From: Lepidodermella squamata
Taxonomy: Eukaryota; Animalia; Gastrotricha
Reading direction: 5' to 3'
Assembly: GCA_047495785.1 (NCBI GenBank)
Contig: JBLDXI010000024.1
Location: forward strand, 4,650,001 to 4,714,000
Length of the DNA: 64,000 nucleotides
The translations under genes and the position numbers were made by a program. Of the stretch, positions 27,074 to 37,889 are shown one piece after another. Positions within the stretch are counted from its first letter, which is position 1. Each line of letters starts with the position of its first letter. Under the pieces are notes generated by a model. It was not told the DNA's origin, searched no databases, and worked only from the letters and a program-made list of their open reading frames with translations.

Positions 27074-28645
27074 ATGGCGCCATCTCGATCTTTAACTTTA
27101 CTAGCTTTGCTTGCAGTTGCCGCAGCCGTGTTAGTGGCTGTCGCATCTGCAATCGACTGCATCGACAACATCATGCCAATCGCAGTTGGCGAGTCGCGAG
27201 TTCGGCCTGACTGCACGGCTTGCATCTACGCTATTGGCTACGAGTGGCGGCAACAAGCCAAAGTGTTAGTTTTTTCAAATGAATTTCTTTTACAAGCCAG
27301 ATCGAAAGCTTAATTTTCACCACTTTTTAAATTCGAAATTATCACCCCAAGCAACTTGGCCAGGAAGCCTGCAATACATCCTTCATCCTGTTAAACTGCT
27401 AGGGAAGGGCAAAAATGGTGACCCTTCGGCTGACCTTATCACTTTTCATTGTGAAGTGTCCCATAATTTTGAGGTTGAAATATTTTCCTTCAAGATGATG
27501 AAGTCCATCTTCGCGACAAACACCGAAGTCAACCTGAAGATTAGGAGTTACGGTGATAGTGAGCAGTTCATCTGCTTCTCTTGATTTACAGCTTCTGTAC
27601 TGGCATTATTTCGGGCAACGAATTATATCACCAGAGTTTCCCATTCCTTTTCTCTTCATGATTTCTCGTAATTTTCGGCTTTGTGATCCTCGGTTAAGAT
27701 TTTTCATTTCTGCATTTGATAAACGATACGATCTCAGCATCATAATTTTCCATGCCTTGAGCGCAATCTGTTCCCCCATGCGGCTATCATTTGCGATTGC
27801 GAGTAAAATTGGGTCATTTCACGCTAGCAACTATTATTGAATTCGCTCGAACAGAGGTCGCCGTAGATAAAATCAAACTAATTTATTTTTCTCTCATTTT
27901 TCTACTCGCTCCCAGATCATTCTACCACTGCGACAACCAGGGCTGCGATTCGCCCTACAACTTCTGCATACCGGTAAGCTAACTATAACTGCTCATTGAT
28001 ATTTTTTCCTCTCATCGCCGCGCTGAATAAATATTAAAAATGACAGTTGAGTGGAAAAAATCAACCGCACTCAATTATTGATAGTAATTCAACGATATAA
28101 TGCGCGGTGCAGAGCGGATAAAAAAGCTGGCGCACTTTTATTCCGCATTTCGCAATTGGTGACATGTGAAAATGGGTTATTAACTTTTCAAAAACCTTTT
28201 TTAGACATATATGTCAATCGAATCGTCTAGATTTGCTGATTCGGTTGATATATATCTTGAAATAATGCATTTTTCGACTTTTTTGACCATTTTTACTTGA
28301 GAGTTGATGATTTGTGGCCTTTTACAGTTTTTGTCGGTGCGCTGCAACGAAACGCTGCTGTTTCACGAGTACGTGCGATGCAACTGCTCGTGTATGTCAG
28401 CGGGCGGGCGGCGGTCGATCGATGCGCAGTGGCCTGTCGTTATTTACGCTGGTGTCATTTGCAGCAGCCTGACGCTAGTGCTGCTACTGTCGCCGTCACA
28501 GCTCGCCGTTGCCAATTCACTAATCCCAGTCCGCCAGCGCAAGCTGCCATCTTCCGCCATCGACGACCACGCATCACATTCGCAAAAAACGATTATCATA
28601 TCAAAAATTAATGTTTATTCGTCTTTTGGCCACAGCAAACAATAA
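27074..28645 (+). CDS. Divergent Ly6-like protein D; join(27074..27264,27916..27973,28328..28645)
   Basis: Signal peptide, AIDCID...DCTAC...C....C...CNCSC, then a hydrophobic segment. It lacks the terminal CCxxxxCN; exon phases are consistent. Confidence 0.68.
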
Positions 28646-28769
28646 AAGTGCCCAATCAATCATAGCCAGATACAAAACCTCGTTTTCGAATGATATAATT
28701 GTTATTGTTTTATTTTTTGTCCCCAAATATAGGCCTTGGATCGCATATTTTGATTTATTGTGGAGCGGC

Positions 28770-30414
28770 ATGCTGATTCTTCGTCTGGCATTGTCGGCTG
28801 GCATTGCAGTTGTGAAAGGTTAGCTTCATGTACCCTCTTGCTCGATGCGAAAACCACGGCTCCCAAATCAAAATTTTTGAAAATCTTCGAGCAGCTGAAT
28901 AGCCACGCTCTTCAAAATTGCTTAGTTTTCTCCATTTGCTCTACTGGGAGGTGGCAATTTTGTCGCGTGATGTCATTACAGCTAAGATGCTTTATGGAAT
29001 TATTTCGCATTTATTTCGGCCTATTGACAGCCTTTTTTAGATTACGGCTTGGTTTGCTAGAGTGGTTCCAGGGCTACGGTCTCGTTCGAGTCTCTTTGGG
29101 GAATGGTGAACTCGTCCAGTTAAAAGCCAACGCACTCTTTCACATTTTCTGGAAAACCTTTGAAAACTCAGTTTAGAATATTTTTGCAATGAGAAGCCAA
29201 CTCTAGAACCCCAAAATGCCGAGGTATAAATTCAAATATTCGTTCAGTGCGCTTCAGATTTCAGGCCAATTTTTGCCTGGCTGATTTCAAATTCAAATAC
29301 CGTACTGCCATTTAATTGTTTTCAAACGTTCATAAAAACCCCTTACATTTATTCGTTCAAGGGACTAATCGCAACCAACAAGTAAATGCCCAGGTATCTA
29401 AAATGGCATACATTTCCCTGAGATTCTACGCATTTTGACCCTAAATCCTAAATAATGGTCCCGGACCCTTTTCTAAACGTTCCAATATAAGAAATTATAT
29501 CCAATCAGAATGGCTGAAAATGACCTCATTAGTGGTCGTCAGTGTTGTCCCCTCCACTGACCTGGAATTTATTTTTTTCGAACGACATTTATTTGAGGCT
29601 GACATTTGTTCGGGCAGTACGGTAACTTATGACAATGCGACTCCTTCTGAGTTTTCCCGTATTCTTTATGATCACTATTTGATAGTTAGATGGCCGTTAG
29701 TGTTTTGAAAGTAGAAAATGTCCCTACAATTTCTTCTTTATAGAGACATGTAACCCAGCGTGCCAGAATGGCAATTGCACAACAAAGAACACGTGTTCGT
29801 GCAACATCGGCTGGGGCGGAGCTCGATGTGAACAAGCGGCACCAACAAGTTTGTATCACCTCTTTCAGGGAATCCACCGTATACTGTATTAGGAAGTAGT
29901 TCAGGGTGTAGTGTATATTTTTTCAAGGAAATTACCATTTAAGTTGGCAGCAAATCCTTGTGAATTTCATGGGAACGCCGGCAACTTACTAAATTTTACC
30001 TTGTTTGTTCCAGCATTCGCCATCGCTTGCTGGGACGATTCGATCGAAGGCTATGCTAATGGCTGCGTAGCCTGCGCCCGAGTTTCCTTCCCACTGTCCA
30101 ACACAACTGTCGCTTGGTGCGCGATGACAAGGCGGTGCAGTGAGAAGAAAGCCTGCGGCCGTCAAGTGGGTTGCTCATTCCGATGCTGTCACACGGACTT
30201 CTGCACAACCGGCTGGCCTATGAATGGCGTCACGCCGTCTTTGAACGAAGCCCTACGAACAGGTCAATACGCTTCGCTTCACATCGACGACGTTCGGCAT
30301 GTTGAGACCACGCCCTTCGAGGGCATTTACGATTCAGACTCTGCGTATCGACAATCACCCCTTCTCACTATTTACCTGGCCAGTCTCTGGGCTTATTCAA
30401 TATTGCCGATATAG
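28770..30414 (+). CDS. Ly6 three-finger GPI-anchored protein E; join(28770..28818,30014..30414)
   Basis: Signal exon MLILRLALSAGIAVVK with a phase-1 intron; AIACWDD...GCVAC...CCHTDFC (10 Cys); hydrophobic tail. Confidence 0.82.
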
Positions 30415-30569
30415 GACTAATTGATGCAGAAACAGAGGAACAGTTCCGCATTTTGCCTTAAAGCGCTTTATTTTATGAAGATTCCTGAAAAATAAGACAC
30501 TGAACCACTTGATCTCAAGCCAAGATTACGCATACAAAGATGACGTTGACTAGGTCTTTCAATGATTCT

Positions 30570-31622
30570 CTAAGCCGTCAACAACAGAGAGAAAATTATG
30601 GCGTAAAAAAGTGAGCCACAAAACAAAAATATTACGAAGAATGCCATGTCAAGGGCAAGGTAGAATCTAACAGCAATGTTGCAGAATTTCACTTTGATCG
30701 TTGCTCGATCGGGGTATAAAGTGATAAAAGAACACATCAAAGCCGCATAAATAGCACACAGCATCTGATAGACAACTTGGCCGAAGAGAAAGTAAGTAGC
30801 AAGGATTCGTTCACTCGTTTTAGGCAAGTTGTTCAGCGTGTCGGATTGAAGAACGAAGGTTGCCAGCATTATGGTTGCAGCGAAAGCAGCTCTATCCGGA
30901 CAATCAGCTGGTACGAAGAAGCTGCTCAGACCAAGGATGTTCAGGACGAAGCTTGGGCCGAAAAGATTCGAGACAAAGTAAGTGGGGTCGCGTTTTAGAG
31001 TCAAACAAAACGAAGCTGTGACGCTGTCTTCCTCAATAAACGATCGATTTGATTGGAACTTCCAAATGGAGCTATCAGGTATGAACGTCTCCAATGTCAT
31101 TCGCAAATCTTTCAGCTTTGCATATTTCGGTCTAGCGAGCAGCAGGAGCCTGGTACAGCATTCTTGAGTGTCGTAAGGGAATCGCCAGAATCGCATATTG
31201 CAGGAGGATGCGAATCGCGACATGATTGCGTTCGTAAATTGCCCATCGGTAACTTCAATGTTGACGTAGCGACTGACTATCTCGCCATTCATAGATGGAT
31301 TGTCAGCTGAGTTTCGATGGAGGAAGATGGGCCACCAAATTCGGGCGTAGTCGGCCGATAATTGTAAGCTGTCTATGCCACCAGCTTGCGCTATGATTTC
31401 GTCAGAATTCTCTTTGGTACATTGATCATTCCATACAAAGGATAACTGCCCGGTAATCGCCATTACCTGAGTTACATCGTCAAGGTAGCTCAAATGATCT
31501 ACCAATAGGTCTACAGAGATATATGTAGTTTGACCTGTGAGTTCACTCGGCGAGTTGAAAATTGGTTCCAGGTGACAAGTTGCCAGCAGCAGCTCGAGTA
31601 GGGGAAGCGTTCCATTTGCCAT
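30570..31622 (-). CDS. Intronless divergent Cys-loop receptor subunit, subtype A, copy 1
   Basis: IWWP, Cys-loop CNMRFWRFPYDTQEC, LKRDP, 4 TM. The first ATG is at 31622; the ORF track starts at a TTG. Confidence 0.92.
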   Translation of the reverse strand: MANGTLPLLELLLATCHLEPIFNSPSELTGQTTYISVDLLVDHLSYLDDVTQVMAITGQLSFVWNDQCTKENSDEIIAQAGGIDSLQLSADYARIWWPIFLHRNSADNPSMNGEIVSRYVNIEVTDGQFTNAIMSRFASSCNMRFWRFPYDTQECCTRLLLLARPKYAKLKDLRMTLETFIPDSSIWKFQSNRSFIEEDSVTASFCLTLKRDPTYFVSNLFGPSFVLNILGLSSFFVPADCPDRAAFAATIMLATFVLQSDTLNNLPKTSERILATYFLFGQVVYQMLCAIYAALMCSFITLYPDRATIKVKFCNIAVRFYLALDMAFFVIFLFCGSLFYAIIFSLLLTA

Positions 31623-32543
31623 TTGCCACGCCAATAATACATCTGACTGAAATCTGGTCTCAGTCGAGTAGGCGAAGTTCGATCGGATATTGTGTAAACT
31701 TTTTGTCAGATTTTTCCTACCGACAGCTTTATCGATTTTTGTCTCAATGCAAACATTAATTTGAATGTTTTTTCGATGAAAAACCCTGGAACATGAATTG
31801 CAAAGCGGTAGAATTTTTGTTTCATTTGATTACAGCCGAGTCTATACTTAAATTTGTTCCCATAGCTAGATTTTTACTGAAGTGTGTGAATGAATGAATC
31901 AATAATTGTGTTAGAGTATGTCGGCAGCGATTCATGAAATTTCTTGACGAAGCGAAGTTTCAAATCCTGGAACAAGTTGGGCAACAAGTCCTGCTTTACT
32001 TGCCTAAACGACCAGTATTTTCAACCAAAAAATGAGAGGAGCGACGAAATTTTGTAGATTTTCCACTAAATCACGGTCCGAAACGTGTGAAAATTGACGG
32101 GACAACGAGCTAAATTGTATTTTCTTGTCCTGTCCGGCTGGGCCGAGGAGATGATACCCATGAAAGTCGCACGCTGGACAAAACGAATGATATTTCAGGA
32201 AAAAACTACCAATGCAGCAAGAAAAAACGTGCAATCCTAACAGGGTGCTCATAACATCAGGTTCACAAAGCATGGCTACGTTATCGGGTGATTTGCAATG
32301 ACTTTTCAAGCATTCGCCATCACTTGCTAGGATGATTCTACAAAAGCAAACACTTTCTTACCGCTATTTGATGTCTGATGCCGATAAAGAGGAACAGCGA
32401 TGCATTTCGCTCTAACATAGCATTTTATTTTACCGAGATTTCTGAAGAAACGACGACAGGAAATCACTTCGTTGATAATCATATAAAAATTGAAGACAAG
32501 ATTAGGCGTAAAAAGTTTACATTGACGAGGTGTTTTAATGATT

Positions 32544-33435
32544 CTAGGCCGCGTCGAAAACAAAGAAATAATCATGGCGTAGAAAATTGAGCCACAAAAC
32601 AAAAATATTACGAAGAATGCTACGTCAAGGGCAAGGTAGAATCGGCAAGTAATCTTGAACATTTTCACTTTGATCGCCGCTCGATCTAGGTATAACGTGA
32701 TGAAAGAATCAAGCCGCATAAATAGCATAAATGGTACGAAGAAGCTGCTAAGACCTAGGATATTCAGGACGAAGCTTGGGCCGAAAAGATTCGAGACAAA
32801 GTAAGTGGGGTCGCGTTTTAGGGTCAAACGAAACGAAGCTGTGACGTTGTCGTCCTCAATGAAGGAGCGTTTTGACTGGAACTTCCGGTATGAACGATGT
32901 CGCTATGAATATCAAATCTCCCAGCTGAGCATATTTCGGAGTGGCGAACAGCATAACGCAGCATTCTTGACGAGTATCGTAAGGAAATCTCCAGAAGCTC
33001 ATCTTACATGAGGATGCTAATTGGGACATGATCGCGGTGATAAATCGCCCCCTAGTTACGTCAACGTCAACAACCCGGCTGACTGCATCGCCATTCAAAG
33101 CTGGGTTGTCAGCCGAATTTCGATGGAGGAAGCCAGGCCACCAAATGCGTTCGTGTTCTTTAACTAATTTCAGACTGTCGATGCCACCACCAGCTTGCGC
33201 TATGATTTTTCCAGAATTCTCCTTGGTTCATTGGTCATCCCATATAAAGGCAAACTGCCCAGTTATCATCATCACTTGAGTTACATCGTCAAGGTAGATC
33301 AAGTGATCTACCATTAATTTAACATCAACAATAGTTGGTACGCTTGTGAGTTCACTCGGCGAGTTGAACATCGTTTCCGGGTGACATAAAAGCTGCCAGT
33401 AGCAGCTCGAGAATAGACACAGCGACATTCGCCAT
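32544..33435 (-). pseudogene. Cys-loop receptor pseudogene, subtype C
   Basis: Early frameshift, a Cys-to-TGA stop after WDDQ, further frameshifts and deletion of M2-M3. Confidence 0.88.
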
Positions 33436-34425
33436 GCAGGGATTGAATCTGGGTGGAAGCTGGTAGCTATCTGCGTAGTGAAGTGGTTGAACGCGCTTGA
33501 TCGGATGTCGTAGTGCTTTCTGTCAGGTTTTTTCCCCTGGAATGTTCAATCGATTTCGTCTCTATAATATGCGTACATAACAGTGAATGAATGTTTAATG
33601 AAGATTCTGAGAAGCCTCATTTTTCGATGGATTAAAGCCGACATTCAATTGAACAAACCGTTACAGTGATAATTAAATATTGTGTGATGCCTCCGTTTGG
33701 CTGAATCTGTAACGTCATCTACTTTGCTGAATAAGCAAAATTATTCCGTATAAAATAGAGATGCCTGGCAATTAATAGAGAAAAGAAAATATCTCTCAGG
33801 TCGATGTCCCGGATTCTTCCGGCCCATCCTTATTACGTAATAACAAAAAAACGATTTACCTGTACTTGCACAAACGATTTTGCACAAATGCAGTTGCACA
33901 CAATGTTTTGCACAAACTCCATTTTCATAGCCGATTTCATCATTCAATGCGTAGAAAATGTCTAATGCAAGGGCAGCTCAGTCTTGAGTGATAGTAGCAG
34001 AAAACATGGACACGGTATCATTATTGATTGACTGATTTCAGCTTCATTTCATCAATTCGTCATTGCCCTAGGTTCGAACGTGAAACTCGTCAACCCATGT
34101 AATTTAAACTCGAATCGGACGCAATGGAATATCTTAGAAAGCAGGGCCCGAAATCAGTCTTTGATGCCAATGGGCTTTGTCTTCAATTTGGTATATTCAA
34201 TTTTCTTATTAAACTTTAAACTTATTGAATAAGCTGATTTACTGGAAAAATACTTTGAAACAGGGCGCATCTCATTCGATTTTGCCGATATAGGACTAAG
34301 TGATGTCGAAATATGACGATGATCATTATTTTAAAAGGATATTCTTAAAATTAAGATACTGAAAAACTTCATTTAAAAATTCAAGCCAAAGTTAGGTAGC
34401 CATGCAAAATAATTTTAATAATTCT

Positions 34426-35475
34426 CTACATCGTCAACAGCAAGGAGAAAATTATGGCGTAAAAAATGGAGCCAAAAGAAAATATCAAGAAGAACGACAC
34501 GTCAAGTGCAAGATAGATCCTGCAAGTCATCTTGCAGATTTTCACCTTGATCGTAGCTCTATTCGGATATAACGCTATGAAAGAACACATCAAAGCCGCA
34601 TAAATAGCACACAACATCTGATATACAATTTGGCCGAAGAGAAAGTATGCCGCAAGGATTCGTTCACTTGTTTTAGGCAAATTGTTCAGCGTGTCGGATT
34701 GAAGAACGAAGGTTGCAAGCATGACTGTGGCGGCGAATGCAGCTCTATCTGGACAATCAGCTGGTACAAAGAAACTGCTAAGGCTTAGGATATTTAAGAC
34801 GAAACTTGGTGCGAAAATATTCGAGACAAAGTAAGTGGGGTCGCGTTTTAGGGTCAAACAAAACGAAGCTGTGACGTTGTCTTCCTCAATAAACGAGCGA
34901 CTTGATTGGAACTTCCAAATAGAGCCATCAGGTATGAACGATCCCAATATTAATTGCAAATCTCTGAGCCGTGCATATTTAGGTTTAGCGAACAACATAA
35001 GCCTAGTACAGCATTCTTGAGTGTCGTAAGGAAATCGCCAGAATCGCATATTGCAGGAGGATGCGAATCGCGACATGATTGCGTTCGTAAATTGCCCATC
35101 GGTAATTTCAATGCCGACGTAGCGACTGACTGTATCACCATTCATAGATGGATTGTCAGCTGAGTTTCGATGGAGGAAGATCGGCCACCAAATTCGGGCG
35201 TAGTCTGCCAATAATTGTAAACTGTCAATGCCGCCAGTTTTAGCTATGATTTGTTCATAATTCTCCTTGGTACATTGATCATTCCAAACAAAGGATAACT
35301 GCCCTGTTATCGCCATTACCTGAGAAACATCGTCAAGGAAGCTCAAATGATCTACCAATAGCTCTACAGTGACATTAGTAGTTTGACCTGTGAGTTCACT
35401 CGGCGAGTTGAAAATCGGTTCCAAGTGACAGGTCGCCAGTAGCAGCTCGAGTAGGGGAACGGATCCATTTGCCAT
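34426..35475 (-). CDS. Intronless divergent Cys-loop receptor subunit, subtype A, copy 2
   Basis: Intact 349-aa ORF, close paralog of 30570..31622. Confidence 0.92.
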   Translation of the reverse strand: MANGSVPLLELLLATCHLEPIFNSPSELTGQTTNVTVELLVDHLSFLDDVSQVMAITGQLSFVWNDQCTKENYEQIIAKTGGIDSLQLLADYARIWWPIFLHRNSADNPSMNGDTVSRYVGIEITDGQFTNAIMSRFASSCNMRFWRFPYDTQECCTRLMLFAKPKYARLRDLQLILGSFIPDGSIWKFQSSRSFIEEDNVTASFCLTLKRDPTYFVSNIFAPSFVLNILSLSSFFVPADCPDRAAFAATVMLATFVLQSDTLNNLPKTSERILAAYFLFGQIVYQMLCAIYAALMCSFIALYPNRATIKVKICKMTCRIYLALDVSFFLIFSFGSIFYAIIFSLLLTM

Positions 35476-36521
35476 GTCAGCATTGATTTAATGTGAAAGC
35501 AATCTAAGCTGGGCGTATAACTATTCTGAATTGAGTGGGCTAAATCGGATGTTTCGCAGCCTTTTTGCCTGGCTTTTCCTACTGACATATTTAATCGATT
35601 CCATCTCAGTGCAAACATCAATTGTGAATGCTGAATGCTGCGCTGAATTTGTGATGAAAATGGTAAAACCCTGGGACATGGATTGCGAAGCGGTAGTTTC
35701 AATTGATCAAAGCCGACTTTCGAAACCATAGAATCTCTCCGTGGGGATTCTCCCTCTCATATCAGCGAAAAAGTTTGAAAAAGTGTCAGAGGCTCAGCAT
35801 TCAGATCTGAATTCAGCTTTTCCAGTTTTTGCAGCGCAAAAATCACGCGCTCCGCCTGTACAAGTCTGAGCGGATAGGACAAATTCGGCCGGTTTAATTG
35901 AATTTCAACAAAGTCGTCATTTTTCATTTCCAATTCGAAAAATTTACAAAGAGGTCAATGAAACTTTGGCGGAAACGGTGGTATTTTTTGTTGGATCGAA
36001 GAATGATCAAACTTTTGAAATTTCAAGTTGGAAAAAATTTCAAGAATTCATTGAATTCAATTTTCTGCGAATTTTCAAAGTCGAAATTCCGAAATCGTCC
36101 TTTCCGCCGTGAATGGGTTAAGAAATTGAGGGATACATATTATGCTTATCAGTATGTCACTGTTATTCAAATTATATCGAATGACGATTTATACACTATA
36201 AATGTACGCCAGCCTAGCCTTTGCTTTTCTTTGTACCTCCCAGCATATTCGCTAGGAAGATTCTCTTGCAGATTTTATTGCAGATCTAACTTCTGTGATT
36301 AGGTCTGTTAGTTCACTTGGCGAATGGGAAGTAGGCCTCAGAAGAATCGAAAAGTAGATCCAGGAGAGTAACTGTGTTACTATCGTGTCTAGATGTTTGA
36401 AAAATTGACAAGCATAGCATTATCTTTATTTCATCATTTCCTTCATAGTCAGCAATATTCATATATAAGAAAAAGATTATAGTACAAAAGAAAATGAGGA
36501 GGAAAAGACGATAAAACAAAC

Positions 36522-37574
36522 TTACAGCAGAAGTGTGAAAACTGTGGCATAGAATACAGCCCCGCAAAACAAAAAGAGAATGAAGAAAGTAAGATCCAGA
36601 GCTAGGTAAAATCTACAAGTCATCTTGCAAATTTTCACTTTGATCGTCGCCCGATCCGGGTATAAAGTGATGAAAGAGCACATTACAGCAGCATAAATTG
36701 CACAGACCATCTGATACACAACCTGGCCGAAGAGAAAGTAGGACGCAATTATGCGCTCGCTTGTTTTAGGCAAGTTGTTCAGCATGTCGGATTGCAGTAC
36801 GAAAGTTGCCAGCATGATGGTTGCAGTGAACGCAGCTCGATCTGGACAATCAGCTGGTACAAAGAAACTGCTTAGACCTAGGATATTTAGGACGAAGCTC
36901 GGCCCAAATAGATTCGAGACAAAGTACGTGGGGTCGCGTTTTAGTGTCAAACAAAAGCAAGCTGTAGCGTTTTCGTAAATAAACGAGCGACCCGATTGAA
37001 AATTCCAAATGGAGCTTTCAGGCATAAAGTACGAAGATGAGTCGTTGTTGAAGTAAAGATAATCAATTGTGGCGTATTGCGGCTCGACTGCCAATAAGAA
37101 TTTAGCGCAGCATTCTTGAGTATCATAAGGGAACCGCCAGAAATGCATGTTACAATATGATGAAAACGGGCCGATGATTGTGTTGTAATAATAACCATAC
37201 TCAACTTGAACGCTTGTCATATGCCTGACAGGATCGCCATCCATAGCTGGGTTATCACGTGAGTTGCGATGAATGATAACCGGCCACCAAATTCTATCTT
37301 GACCGCTGAACAACGTCAAGCTCTTAACCCCTCCCGCCCCAGCGATAATTTCCTGCGAATTTTGATAAGTGCATGGATCGAACCATCCAAAACTTAGCTT
37401 TGCCCCAAAACTCATTGTTTCCGTAACATCGTCAAGATCGGCGAAACGATCGATCGTGAGAGCTATATCAACTTTTGTGACTTGCCCGGTTAGTTCACTG
37501 GGTGAGTTGAAAGTCGGCTCCAGATGACAAGTAGCGAGAAGCAGCTCCAGAAGTGGAACTGTGCTATTCATCAT
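36522..37574 (-). CDS. Intronless divergent Cys-loop receptor subunit, subtype B
   Basis: Intact 350-aa ORF with CNMHFWRFPYDTQEC and 4 TM. Confidence 0.92.
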   Translation of the reverse strand: MMNSTVPLLELLLATCHLEPTFNSPSELTGQVTKVDIALTIDRFADLDDVTETMSFGAKLSFGWFDPCTYQNSQEIIAGAGGVKSLTLFSGQDRIWWPVIIHRNSRDNPAMDGDPVRHMTSVQVEYGYYYNTIIGPFSSYCNMHFWRFPYDTQECCAKFLLAVEPQYATIDYLYFNNDSSSYFMPESSIWNFQSGRSFIYENATACFCLTLKRDPTYFVSNLFGPSFVLNILGLSSFFVPADCPDRAAFTATIMLATFVLQSDMLNNLPKTSERIIASYFLFGQVVYQMVCAIYAAVMCSFITLYPDRATIKVKICKMTCRFYLALDLTFFILFLFCGAVFYATVFTLLL

Positions 37575-37670
37575 TGTCTATTGCAAGTTAAAAAATAGGC
37601 CAAACCATAATTCGATTTATAGGAAAACTCATAGGTATCATTATTGTTGACTGTGCATCTGCCTTATCCA

Positions 37671-37677
37671 TTATATA
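37671..37677 (-). promoter_or_regulatory. Candidate TATA box about 100 bp upstream of subtype-B ATGs (also 46786-92 and 52329-35)
   Basis: AATATATAATGG is conserved 97-103 bp upstream of three B-type start codons. Confidence 0.55.
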
Positions 37678-37889
37678 TTACGAAACGTCATGCCACAATC
37701 GGGCTATATGAGTCGGTATGCAAACTTCCAGCACTTTCGGGAGCAAAAATCTTGTTTGTTTTTGGCTTATTGATAACCCAGTTTTGAAAAAGGGCAAAAA
37801 CAAATGGACGGACTTCACTTTATGCCCTGTTAATATCAAAGATCGTTCTTCACGTTTTCCACTTTTATTAATTATTGGAGCACAAACGC

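Noticed and set aside
30777-31310. Recurrent plus-strand ORFs antisense to the receptor genes (also near 34835, 36751, 47213, 54445 and 60504)
   Set aside because: Shadow ORFs; their recurrence simply mirrors paralog similarity.
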